Origin: an uncultured virus (IMG/VR IMGVR_UViG_3300050343_000142)
Taxonomy: Duplodnaviria > Heunggongvirae > Uroviricota > Caudoviricetes
Direction: 5' to 3' (one strand)
DNA: 32,556 nucleotides
Virus record (IMG/VR): IMGVR_UViG_3300050343_000142
Shown: piece by piece, positions 16,934-26,008 of the stretch
Layout of the letters: each line of letters opens with the position of its first letter
Position numbering within the stretch: the first letter of the stretch is position 1
Notes under the pieces: generated by a model
The model's input: the letters and a program-made list of their open reading frames with translations, nothing else
Told to the model about the DNA's origin: nothing
Databases searched by the model: none
Made by a program: the position numbers and the translations under genes

Positions 16934-17112
16934 TGGTAGAACAACCAACAATATGGATAGAGGGAACTCTTACTATAAATGGTAAAGAGTATCCATTCGC
17001 AGTTGATAATGATATTGATAGTGGATTTGACCACGATAATTACAGTAGTCAAGCATACAATATTGTTAATGATTTGAATGGATTGGTTAACAGGTTAGAG
17101 GTGGAAGTGTGA
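16933..17112 (+). CDS. 59-aa acidic protein
   Basis: GAGGAG SD; TAATG coupling. Confidence 0.65.
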   Translation: MVEQPTIWIEGTLTINGKEYPFAVDNDIDSGFDHDNYSSQAYNIVNDLNGLVNRLEVEV

Positions 17113-17399
17113 AAGTTGATAAACCGACTGAACAAGTATATATCGTAACCTTTGAGGAAAGGTACGGAGAATTTGAGGAGTACTCATACTTAGGAGTATT
17201 AGGTGCTGATAAGATGTCAAGTCAAGAACTTGTAGAAGCTATGTGGTATGAAACCGACATGGAGGAGGATTTTGACGGACAATATGCAGACAATCCATAC
17301 TATTGGGTAGCAGGTAACGAGAAGTTAGTGAGAGTGGTAAGTAAGAAACCCATCAGCTCCGAACATCTCGACATCGTTAGCCAATATATAACTGTATAG
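17109..17399 (+). CDS. Acidic hypothetical protein
   Basis: GTGA overlap; GAGGTG SD. Confidence 0.7.
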   Translation: MKVDKPTEQVYIVTFEERYGEFEEYSYLGVLGADKMSSQELVEAMWYETDMEEDFDGQYADNPYYWVAGNEKLVRVVSKKPISSEHLDIVSQYITV

Positions 17400-17418
17400 A
17401 TAATATTGTAATTTTACC

Positions 17419-17447
17419 TATACATATAAATTTATTAAGGTTAGTAT
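17419..17447 (+). promoter_or_regulatory. Putative promoter with operator-like motif in the spacer
   Basis: TATACA-17-TAGTAT; same geometry as the promoter at 14686. Confidence 0.45.
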
Positions 17448-17483
17448 TTTACTAACTAATTAACTTAGAAAGAGAGTGAACTA

Positions 17484-17777
17484 ATGGAAGCAGTAGACAA
17501 TAAAACTATACAAAGTATTAGAGAGGGTAGAGGTAGCAAAATCTTTACTGATGAAAATATACAAACGTTAAGAGAAAATCCTAATCAATGGTTTTTAATA
17601 ACAAGTGTTGTAAACAATGACAACTATTTAAACATCATTAGGAGTTACAATTCCTCTGCAATTTACTTTAGGAACAAATTAAGAAAAGAATATGGTATGA
17701 CTATAGAAACTAAATGCAGTCAAAGTCGACATGACAAGTCTGCAAAACTATATGTCAGAATGAATGAGGAGGCATAA
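17484..17777 (+). CDS. Hypothetical protein
   Basis: 97-aa ORF, coupled downstream. Confidence 0.7.
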   Translation: MEAVDNKTIQSIREGRGSKIFTDENIQTLRENPNQWFLITSVVNNDNYLNIIRSYNSSAIYFRNKLRKEYGMTIETKCSQSRHDKSAKLYVRMNEEA

Positions 17778-18178
17778 TGGCTTATGAACCATGTGATTAC
17801 CCTATCGGTGTTAGTGAAATAGCTACTGTGTTGTCAGTCAAGCCGTCAACAGTTTCACAATGGGGAGTTCGTAAGAACTTACCCGATTGCGACGCAATAG
17901 TTAACGGAGGCAATACAAAGTTGTGGACACTAGAAACAATTTTAAATTGGGCTAGCTCAACAGGGCGTAACAACAGAAACTTAAATAACTGTAATGACGC
18001 TTTGCGTTTGGTTGTTTCAGACATGATGTCGGAAAAAGAAAATCAGATGGCGAGTGCAAGTTCTCGTTGGGATAAACTATCTGACGAGTGGAACACTTAC
18101 CGAGAGAGCATGGGTTTAGATACTTATCAGAAAGATAAGTTTAGAGATTTAGGCTCATACGAATCGGAGGAAGAATAA
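17777..18178 (+). CDS. Excisionase/AlpA/MerR-like HTH protein
   Basis: PIGVSEIATVLSVKPSTVSQW..LP..LW pattern. Confidence 0.7.
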   Translation: MAYEPCDYPIGVSEIATVLSVKPSTVSQWGVRKNLPDCDAIVNGGNTKLWTLETILNWASSTGRNNRNLNNCNDALRLVVSDMMSEKENQMASASSRWDKLSDEWNTYRESMGLDTYQKDKFRDLGSYESEEE

Positions 18179-18366
18179 TGAAAAAAATTAAAGTTCATTT
18201 CAATGGTTATCTAAGTTACTTGGCTACCGAGAAAAAGGGAGACATCAATCACTTAGACACATTAAAAGCAATGGAGAATGCTAGTGCAGACTTATCTACA
18301 CTACATCCAAAGTTTAATATTAAAATAACCGAAATGGAATCGGGCTACAACGGAGAAGAGGAGTAA
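18178..18366 (+). CDS. Hypothetical protein
   Basis: TAATG coupling. Confidence 0.65.
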   Translation: MKKIKVHFNGYLSYLATEKKGDINHLDTLKAMENASADLSTLHPKFNIKITEMESGYNGEEE

Positions 18367-18467
18367 TGAATAGAGCTGAAAGACGTGCCTCGAAGTCGAA
18401 AAAGAAGAGGCGATATACAGGTCTAAGTAAGAAACAAGTTCTTAGACCCGACACAATTGACAGATAA
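18366..18467 (+). CDS. 33-aa highly basic peptide (MNRAERRASKSKKKRR...)
   Basis: GAGGAG SD; TAATG coupling. Confidence 0.55.
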   Translation: MNRAERRASKSKKKRRYTGLSKKQVLRPDTIDR

Positions 18468-18527
18468 TCAACAAAGAAATTGGGGAAAATGAAAAACTTT
18501 TCCCCTATATAGTACCTAGGAGGTTAC

Positions 18528-18719
18528 ATGATAATAGACAACGGACATGATAGTGAGGGCAACTATGCACCTCATTGTTTGGAATGTCGAATGAACGGAT
18601 ATGACGCAACTTTAAAGTTCGCTGATATGTGTTCACGATGTCAAGACAATAAAGTAAAAAAATCTTTCCAATGGGAAAGAAGAAATGCAGTTGAAAACTA
18701 TATTGTTGACAATGCTTAA
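18528..18719 (+). CDS. Zinc-ribbon protein (CLEC..CSRC)
   Basis: AGGAGG SD; two CxxC motifs. Confidence 0.7.
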   Translation: MIIDNGHDSEGNYAPHCLECRMNGYDATLKFADMCSRCQDNKVKKSFQWERRNAVENYIVDNA

Positions 18720-18821
18720 TAAATTTACTAAGGTTGTCTTAATGAAACTATTAGGGCTAAAAAGAGAAAATCCCCTACTAAAAGGGGACTCTCTACTAAC
18801 CAACAAAGAAGGAGTTACATT

Positions 18822-19382
18822 ATGAACGGAAGTTCACAAGAATCCAACTATGAGAATACTTTAGCACAAGCATTGGAATTAACCCAAGCGTGTGCAAAGG
18901 AAATTGGCTACATAGCTGAATCAGACGGCGAATCAACAGATTCAATAACTTATTGGGAACAATATCCCGATGATATTCACGAGTTCATGACCCTTATGGA
19001 TAAGGTCGACCAAGTAGGTCGTGCAGTAAAACAAATAAAAGCTGACATGAAGTTGAAACTCGTAGAGGAGCTGGGCGACAAAGCAGTCAGAGTTGGTAAC
19101 AGAATAATTGTAGGTAAGACAAGTAAAACTTGGAAACCTTACGATAAACATAAAGTTATGGACTACGTTGGCGACGATTGGAAAATGGTTGTTAACCCTA
19201 CGTTTAGAACTACAGGAATAAAAGCACTTGCTACACAAAGAGGACAAGACCCAAAAGTAATTTTTGAGTCATTGTTTGAGCAAGTAGAAACAGATAATAT
19301 AACAATACTTCCCGATATGAAAGCACCAAAGTATTTACAAAAGCTAGATGACGGGGAAGTCAAAGAATTAGGAAAGGGATAA
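18822..19382 (+). CDS. Hypothetical phage protein
   Basis: AAGGAG SD; 186 aa. Confidence 0.75.
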   Translation: MNGSSQESNYENTLAQALELTQACAKEIGYIAESDGESTDSITYWEQYPDDIHEFMTLMDKVDQVGRAVKQIKADMKLKLVEELGDKAVRVGNRIIVGKTSKTWKPYDKHKVMDYVGDDWKMVVNPTFRTTGIKALATQRGQDPKVIFESLFEQVETDNITILPDMKAPKYLQKLDDGEVKELGKG

Positions 19383-19383
19383 T

Positions 19384-20370
19384 ATGCCTGCAAATATTGA
19401 AACAATGTTTAGTGCAGTAGAAACACCATGGCACAGAATTGGTGTGGTTACTGACTCAGCATTAACAAGTTCCGAGGCTATCGTTCAGTCGGGATTAGAT
19501 TGGAACGTTAGCGTCAGACCTTTAGTTACCTTTGGTAACGAGGGGCAAACAGAGGGTAAGTTTATTGACGTACCCGACAACTATGCAACTGTAAGAGATT
19601 CCGATGAATCCGTGCTAGGTGTGGTTGGTAAAAGATACGAGCCAATTCAAAACTTAGAATGCTTTAGTTTCTTAGACAATGTCTTAGATGACTATGACGC
19701 TAAGTATGAAACGGCAGGTGCTATTGACAACGGCAGAATTATTTTTGTTTTATTAAACTTAGGTAAAGATATTGTTGTTGGAGATGATGTAACAGTTCCG
19801 TACTTACTGTTGACTAACAGTCATGACGGCTCAACATCAATCAAAGCATTAACTACACCTATTAGAGTTGTTTGTCAAAATACTTTGACAATGGCTTTGG
19901 GTAACTACAAGAGTAGTTTCTCTTTTAGACATACCCAAAATGTTAGAGGTAGAATTGACCAAGCTAGAAACTCTTTGGAACTTTCTTACAAGTATGTAGA
20001 CGGATTCCAAGAGGAAGTCGAAAGACTTGTAGAACAACAAGTAACTGATGACCAATTTGCAAACTTGGTACAAACCATAATGCCTGTACCCGAACTTAAA
20101 GATGACGAAAGCAACATGCAAGTAGTTATTAAAGGTCGTCAAGCACATGAAAGTATTATGCAAAACTTTAGAAACCCCGAATTTTCAGAGCAATCTGAGA
20201 GTGCGTGGGCAGGAATGAACGCTATGAGTAATTATGAATTGTGGACTGCTCCTATAAGGAACGAGGAAAGAGATATGCGTATAGCCAAAAGAACTATACA
20301 GGGCAATCAAACTCCAAACACAAACATACTTCATAGACTACTAATTGGACAAAGGTATGAAAATATTTAA
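19384..20370 (+). CDS. DUF932 family phage/plasmid protein
   Basis: TPWHRIG, GLDWNV, YEPIQN, YETAG, NSHDGS, TPIRVVCQNTL. Confidence 0.92.
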   Translation: MPANIETMFSAVETPWHRIGVVTDSALTSSEAIVQSGLDWNVSVRPLVTFGNEGQTEGKFIDVPDNYATVRDSDESVLGVVGKRYEPIQNLECFSFLDNVLDDYDAKYETAGAIDNGRIIFVLLNLGKDIVVGDDVTVPYLLLTNSHDGSTSIKALTTPIRVVCQNTLTMALGNYKSSFSFRHTQNVRGRIDQARNSLELSYKYVDGFQEEVERLVEQQVTDDQFANLVQTIMPVPELKDDESNMQVVIKGRQAHESIMQNFRNPEFSEQSESAWAGMNAMSNYELWTAPIRNEERDMRIAKRTIQGNQTPNTNILHRLLIGQRYENI

Positions 20371-20920
20371 TCAATATATTGCTGACTGTGTAACCTGTGG
20401 TAAGCGAATTACCACAGATGAACACGGACAAAGTGCAGAACAACCACTTTACCTTAAAGCAGAGGGTGGCTACTCAGATATGTATGATAATTGGGCAGAC
20501 CACGAGGAGCAATCAATGAACTTAATTCCTTTTTGCCACAAATGTGGACATAGGATAATTAGGTTAATGGGTAAAGGTGTTGTTGAATATATTGACCCAT
20601 TGTCTACTACTTCACACGTAAGACCTTATAAGGCTTACAAAAGTAGGGATGATGTTAAAAGTTGGTGGCACTTTGGTTGGGATAATGTAGTCCTGCGAGG
20701 CTACATCTCAGCCATGTGGCACTATTTTCGTATAGGTGGCTTTAGATATTCGTGGGGTGCGTTCATGCATTTGTTTCATGGACAGAATTGGAGCTCTCTT
20801 AATAAATCTGTTAAGGACTTCTATCCTACCAATTATAAAGTATCATTTATAAGAGTACCAAAGAGATTTGGTCTCATGATACAACGTAAAATTCAAAAGG
20901 AGGGTTTTAAATGGTATTAA
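20345..20920 (+). CDS. Hypothetical protein with CxxC pairs
   Basis: CVTC, CHKC; operon position. Confidence 0.65.
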   Translation: MDKGMKIFNQYIADCVTCGKRITTDEHGQSAEQPLYLKAEGGYSDMYDNWADHEEQSMNLIPFCHKCGHRIIRLMGKGVVEYIDPLSTTSHVRPYKAYKSRDDVKSWWHFGWDNVVLRGYISAMWHYFRIGGFRYSWGAFMHLFHGQNWSSLNKSVKDFYPTNYKVSFIRVPKRFGLMIQRKIQKEGFKWY

Positions 20921-21423
20921 CATCCAAACAAGAATGGATAACTATGGTTAATTGGCTAAAATTAAGATTTGCGTCAATTAAATGGAACGACGCAGAAGTA
21001 AGAAGTTTGTACGAGGACTATAAGAATATAGACCCCGAACATATTTGGGGAGCAAGTCAACTTTGTTATCAGAACAACACAGAGTATATGTCATCAGCTA
21101 AGTTGATGTCGGTTGTTAAAGAGTTGCAGAGAGCCCCTAAAACTAACAAAGCCTTAACCATGGGCGAAGTAGTACAACTAAACAAAGGTGGTCTATTAGA
21201 CTATCTAAAGGCAAACAACTATGAATCATTTGCTCATGCAGTATATGATTTGAAGATGAAAAGATTGAGGAAAGGTGGAGCTATTAAATCCGAGACAACA
21301 CATTGGGATTTAGAAGCACCTTACGAAACTCAAAAAGAATTATGGTTACAAGAGTTCCCTACTGAGTGGACGATAGAATACTTAGAGAGACGCAGAGATA
21401 AAGCTATGCAAGGAGAAAAATAA
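20911..21423 (+). CDS. Hypothetical protein, possibly G39P-like helicase loader/inhibitor
   Basis: AAGGAGG SD; weak N-terminal resemblance; next to ssb. Confidence 0.5.
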   Translation: MVLTSKQEWITMVNWLKLRFASIKWNDAEVRSLYEDYKNIDPEHIWGASQLCYQNNTEYMSSAKLMSVVKELQRAPKTNKALTMGEVVQLNKGGLLDYLKANNYESFAHAVYDLKMKRLRKGGAIKSETTHWDLEAPYETQKELWLQEFPTEWTIEYLERRRDKAMQGEK

Positions 21424-21893
21424 TGGCTAGTAATAATACAATTACCTTAGTTGGTAACATATTAGAGCCCGAAGTTAGAAGTACCCAAACGGGTAAGACT
21501 CTAGTTAAGGCTCGAATGGTCGTCAAGACTTATGGCGACGCAGACGACATGTGGGTTAACATAACTGCATGGGAAAAATTGGGCGAAAACTTTGCTCAAA
21601 CTTTCCAAAGTCAAGCAAGCAAAAGTATCAGAGTTAGTGTTACAGGTAGACTCATGGAAGAAAAATGGGAAGACAAAAACACAGGACAAGAAAGAAAATC
21701 TTTCTCCGTAACTGCTGATTCTATTGCCGTGGTGTTGGATTACCAGACAGCTGGTGGCATTCAATATTCTGGCGAGGCAAAGCCCGAATCAACTTATGGT
21801 GGGGACAATGTTTCCATGGCTAAGGATATTCTTGGAGCTACAGAAAAGCCACAAGCAAGAACTGACTACGCACCTAACGAGGCACCCTTTTAA
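21423..21893 (+). CDS. ssb: Single-stranded DNA-binding protein
   Basis: ITLVGN..PEVR, WVNITAWEKLGEN, VTGRL..WEDK, C-terminal EAPF. Confidence 0.93.
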   Translation: MASNNTITLVGNILEPEVRSTQTGKTLVKARMVVKTYGDADDMWVNITAWEKLGENFAQTFQSQASKSIRVSVTGRLMEEKWEDKNTGQERKSFSVTADSIAVVLDYQTAGGIQYSGEAKPESTYGGDNVSMAKDILGATEKPQARTDYAPNEAPF

Positions 21894-21895
21894 TC

Positions 21896-22285
21896 ATGAG
21901 CCCAAGAAAAATTATTTCGCAAGAGCTAATTGATTGGGCTAGTGATGACGAATTGGTTGAAGGGGAGAACGTCGTGTCGTATACTCAATTGCCCATTGAA
22001 TTAGACAGTAAAGATGATTCTCTCCAACAACCGACCAACATAACTAACGAGCCAACAAATCAAATGGAAGTAGTGCAAAAACTTTTTGTATCAAACGGCA
22101 AAAATGGTGTATGTCATAGAGATTTTATGGACAACTATATTGCTCGTTTTGGTGCATTAATATGGACACTACGACATGAACAAAATTGGGTTATTGATAA
22201 AGAGTGGTGTCGAGATAAATCACATAATCACAAATCCAATCAGTATAAATATATATTTAAAGGAGTAGATAATGCAACTTATTGA
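21896..22285 (+). CDS. Putative winged-HTH protein
   Basis: ARFGALIWTLR..WVI pattern. Confidence 0.55.
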   Translation: MSPRKIISQELIDWASDDELVEGENVVSYTQLPIELDSKDDSLQQPTNITNEPTNQMEVVQKLFVSNGKNGVCHRDFMDNYIARFGALIWTLRHEQNWVIDKEWCRDKSHNHKSNQYKYIFKGVDNATY

Positions 22286-22514
22286 ACAATCTTTTGAGTA
22301 TGAGCACTTGACTGAGGAAGTCAAGAAATCAATGCTTGTTGAATACCTAAAAGACTTAGAGGCAAATCACTTTAGCTTAGCTTTAGTTGAGCCTAGTAAA
22401 TTACAAGAACCACAACCATATCAGCAATGGAAAGCACAGATTAGCCAAATAGAGAAACAAATCGTGCTTGTGAGGTCGAAATATGTAGATTTCTTCGGAG
22501 CTGAGGAGGAATAG
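22272..22514 (+). CDS. Hypothetical protein
   Basis: AAGGAG SD. Confidence 0.7.
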   Translation: MQLIEQSFEYEHLTEEVKKSMLVEYLKDLEANHFSLALVEPSKLQEPQPYQQWKAQISQIEKQIVLVRSKYVDFFGAEEE

Positions 22515-22636
22515 TGGGTGGTTGGTTACTTTGTGTTAGTTGTGATAACTATTCACATACACATAATGGTGGTGGATTGGTTAATAACGAACATTATTGT
22601 GAGCCATGCTATTCAGAACAGGAGTCTGTTTTATGA
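22514..22636 (+). CDS. 40-aa zinc-ribbon microprotein (CVSC..CEPC)
   Basis: GAGGAGG SD; TAGTG overlap. Confidence 0.55.
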   Translation: MGGWLLCVSCDNYSHTHNGGGLVNNEHYCEPCYSEQESVL

Positions 22637-22764
22637 GTAAAACGTACTATGTAAAATTTAATAATAAGGATTACCGAGAAAATCCTAATTTATTGATTGA
22701 ACTGCTAGAATATGAGCATAAGTTTCAAGAAATTATAGAGGATTATGATGAAAAGACTAAGTGA
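22633..22764 (+). CDS. 43-aa microprotein
   Basis: AGGAG SD; ATGA overlap. Confidence 0.5.
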   Translation: MSKTYYVKFNNKDYRENPNLLIELLEYEHKFQEIIEDYDEKTK

Positions 22765-23017
22765 ACTACAGATACAAGAGCTTGAATCCTTTGGTTATAT
22801 CGTAAGAAATAACGAATCTTTAGAAAATCAAGAGAAGAAAGCAAAGCAAGTTGCTAGAGAGCAACGACCTGTAAGCGTGAAAAAGTCAATAAATACAGTT
22901 GATGATGTCGAAGTTACGCCAGCTGGCAAAGATGCTGAGCATGTTGAACCTCTTGAACATCTTGAACAAGTTAAAAAGACTGATGATTACAGTTACTTAG
23001 ACGAGTTGGAAACATGA
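22745..23017 (+). CDS. Hypothetical protein
   Basis: GAGGA SD; ATGA overlap downstream. Confidence 0.65.
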   Translation: MMKRLSELQIQELESFGYIVRNNESLENQEKKAKQVAREQRPVSVKKSINTVDDVEVTPAGKDAEHVEPLEHLEQVKKTDDYSYLDELET

Positions 23018-23676
23018 GCGATAAAGAAACATTAATTAGAAAAATCAAACTTAGTGAGATTAAAACTGCTGACAAAAACCCTAAAGACCATGATGTTGGT
23101 GCTATATATCAAAGTATGAAACGCTTTGGATTTGTAGCGTTCCCTTTAGTAAACTCGACAACAGATAAGCTATTAGCAGGACATGGACGCTTAAAAACCT
23201 TACACATGATTAAAAGTGAGGGAGAGTTTGTACCTGCAAACATTGAAGTAACTGATGATGGAGATTGGTTAGTACCCTGCATATATTCAGCGACTATTGA
23301 GGATGAAGCTGAAGCACAGGCATATCTTCTTGCAGACAACAGATTAACTGAAATAGGTGGATACAATAATATGGATTTATTAGATTCATTACAGGAAGTT
23401 ATTAAGGAAACAGGGTCATTAGACGGCACAGGTTGGGACTTAGACTCAATTGAGGACATCATAGCTGATATGGAAAGGTCATCTTTTGAAGTAAAAGAGT
23501 ACGGAGATGATTCAGTTGAGGACGAAACATCAGTACAGGTATCCGTTGGTCGTTATAAGTTTAAAATAAATGCTGATGAATTTTATGAGTGGGAAGAAAC
23601 AGTTAAATCCCAAACTCAAACATCAGAAGTCAATGAAATAAATGATTGGATAAAAAATCAATTAGGCTTGACGTAG
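23014..23676 (+). CDS. ParB/Srx N-terminal domain protein
   Basis: NPKDH, SMKRFGF, LLAGHGRL, LLADNRL. Confidence 0.88.
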   Translation: MSDKETLIRKIKLSEIKTADKNPKDHDVGAIYQSMKRFGFVAFPLVNSTTDKLLAGHGRLKTLHMIKSEGEFVPANIEVTDDGDWLVPCIYSATIEDEAEAQAYLLADNRLTEIGGYNNMDLLDSLQEVIKETGSLDGTGWDLDSIEDIIADMERSSFEVKEYGDDSVEDETSVQVSVGRYKFKINADEFYEWEETVKSQTQTSEVNEINDWIKNQLGLT

Positions 23677-23695
23677 TCTAAAATCGTGCTATCCT
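23668..23695 (+). promoter_or_regulatory. Putative promoter for downstream ncRNA
   Basis: TTGACG-16-TATCCT with TGn extended -10. Confidence 0.55.
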
Positions 23696-23701
23696 TTATT
23701 A

Positions 23702-23990
23702 AGTAAAGAGGATGGATTTAACCATCTAGCCTCCTTTCTTTTAGTATGGGACGGCGAGGGTCTGGGCAACCAAACCCTCAATGTTTCCAAGACAATTACC
23801 ACTAAAACAGATGAATTAGAGAAATTAGTGGAAACACGTCGCAAGTCTGACAATGAGGTCGGACACAACTTCGGTTACTACAAATACCTTATATTTATTG
23901 CCTTAACAGGCTTATCTAAATAAGTGATGTCGTAATTTCAACGAAGGGCGAATCCTCTGGCGAAGCCATATCTTTTAAGCATTTTACCCT
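23702..23990 (+). ncRNA. Structured RNA candidate containing an anti-leader/anti-SD tract
   Basis: AGCCTCCTTTCTTTTAGTA at 23728-23746; hairpins capped by GCAA, GAAA and cUUCGg loops. Confidence 0.55.
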
Positions 23991-24650
23991 TTAAAACCTA
24001 ATGATTGTGGTACATACGCTAACGCAGTAACCCATCTGAGATTCCTTTTAAAAGCCTATAAACATTGACTTGATGTACCCAGAATCGCCGTCTTCTGCAG
24101 GACGCTTCGCTATCTCTTAATAGATTTATCTACATCTTAATGCATTGTGGAAACACAGAATGGCAGGTTCGGAGCGAGTTTCGACATCACGGAAAACATA
24201 CTATATGTAGTGGTTTGATGTCAAAAACGAGGTCGAATTTCATTTTGGACGCACCTCTCCCAATTCGTGCGTTCCCTTATTAGATTTATTAACAAGAGAA
24301 GCCGTTTACTCTCCCAGGGAAGCGTGGAAGAGAAATCTCGTCATCAAACCCTATTGATGTGTGCTTTATTTTTACGGGATTTACCCTATTGATGAGTGAT
24401 AAAAAAACACGGGATTTTCGGATAATATCTTTAGTTCCATCTTAGGACTATTTAACTAAATATATAACCTTCAGATATTGGACGTCAAGATAGGAAGCAA
24501 GCTGAAATATGGTGGATGATGGTGAAAAATGGTGAAAGTTGAAATCCAGTTTGGACAGACCTCTCCCCCGTTATAAGACATGTACTTAAAGTCATGTACA
24601 GCCTAACAAACTGCCACCATAACTTTACGTTTGGAATTTATTGGTTAAAG

Positions 24651-24693
24651 AGCCTGTGGAGGGAGTCGAACCCTCCATGCGACCATCCAGGCT
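24651..24693 (-). ncRNA. Minimal tRNA-like element (IR copy)
   Basis: Mirror of 7036..7078. Confidence 0.55.
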
Positions 24694-24698
24694 TTAGG

Positions 24699-24845
24699 TT
24701 ACTCCTCGTCGTCGTCAGAGTACCAATTATAGATAGTCCTATAATCGTCGCTCATGTCGACGTCTTTGGATAGGTAGAATGCAATTGCACCTGCCAAGCC
24801 GATAGTGAGGAAGAACCAGATTGTAGCAGTTAGTATTGTATCCAC
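24699..24845 (-). CDS. Small membrane protein (IR copy)
   Basis: Mirror of 6884..7030. Confidence 0.65.
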   Translation of the reverse strand: MDTILTATIWFFLTIGLAGAIAFYLSKDVDMSDDYRTIYNWYSDDDEE

Positions 24846-25894
24846 TACGCTCCTTTCCTTACTTGGTTTAACCCATTGATTAACGATGGTATCACCATGT
24901 CTTCGTTAACGAAGTCAGATGTAACACCGAACTTATTTGTATTAAGCAATCTCTCTGAGATGATTGGATACTCTGATTTGTTACCAATCATAAACAGATG
25001 TAACTGCTTTGATAGTCCGAAGTTTATAGCATCGAACATATCTTTCTTGTTGAGTCTACTTAGAACACAAACGAAGTCATAAGATGCTTGAACGAATTCA
25101 AGTCTACTTAATAGTCCATCGATGTTCATGTTAGAACGAAAGAACCTTAACTCAATTGTATAGGCATTGAGGAAGTTCAAGGCAGAATATCTGTCTCGTC
25201 TATCGTCCCACTTTGTAGAAGCAACTGCTAGTAGATTGTTATCAGCTGAGTTTCTGAAAGGCATTTGCCTTTTAGCCCAACTGTTTTCTGCTCTACCAGC
25301 TAGCCAGTTAAAGTAATCTTTCTCTGACGTCCAGAGGTTTTGATATAACTTTAAGAACAACCACAACTGAGTAGTCGTAAAGTATGACTTAGGAAGATGT
25401 ACATGCATTCCTGCAGTACTCGCATTCCAGGCATAAAAGCCTTTACTCTGCAATGCTTCCCAGTTCATCAACTTATGAGCTCTAACAGTCATAGGTTGTG
25501 TTACGAACTCCACACCATGACTAAGTGAGCTGTCAGTCTTAGCAATTATTAATTGTCTAAGTCTTGAGTCTGACTCGTCAATATAGTGTGGTGAGTAGTC
25601 ATGTAATTCTATCAGAGCTTCCTCTGTAGATTCACCTCTACTCATACCGTGGTCGGTTTCTGATGTGTGTTCTACTTCTATTTCCACTCCCATCGGAATG
25701 AATCCATCAGTAGCATCGACAGCAGATTTCAAGTACTCTTCTGTTTTATCGGCATGATGACCAACAAATACAGTATGATTACCTGGGTCATAACCACCTA
25801 GGGTCATGAATCGAGTATCAATGTACTTGACTTCTGGCTTATGGCTATAAGACTGCAGTTCGGGAACTACAGAATAGCATTCTTCTCTACACAT
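24845..25894 (-). CDS. Putative amidoligase (IR copy)
   Basis: Same protein as 5835..6884. Confidence 0.85.
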   Translation of the reverse strand: MCREECYSVVPELQSYSHKPEVKYIDTRFMTLGGYDPGNHTVFVGHHADKTEEYLKSAVDATDGFIPMGVEIEVEHTSETDHGMSRGESTEEALIELHDYSPHYIDESDSRLRQLIIAKTDSSLSHGVEFVTQPMTVRAHKLMNWEALQSKGFYAWNASTAGMHVHLPKSYFTTTQLWLFLKLYQNLWTSEKDYFNWLAGRAENSWAKRQMPFRNSADNNLLAVASTKWDDRRDRYSALNFLNAYTIELRFFRSNMNIDGLLSRLEFVQASYDFVCVLSRLNKKDMFDAINFGLSKQLHLFMIGNKSEYPIISERLLNTNKFGVTSDFVNEDMVIPSLINGLNQVRKGA

Positions 25895-26008
25895 AAGTGT
25901 ATCTCCTTTTTTTAGTATGTGCACTACAGTAACGTCGTAGTACTTAACGGGTGCTAGCACCTGTCTCCCCCCACAATTAAGTAGAGGGAGGTTAGCTACT
26001 AGCTAGCT

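Noticed and set aside
23014..23676. ParABS partition system
   Set aside because: Only an N-terminal ParB/Srx domain is evident; no ParA ATPase is seen.
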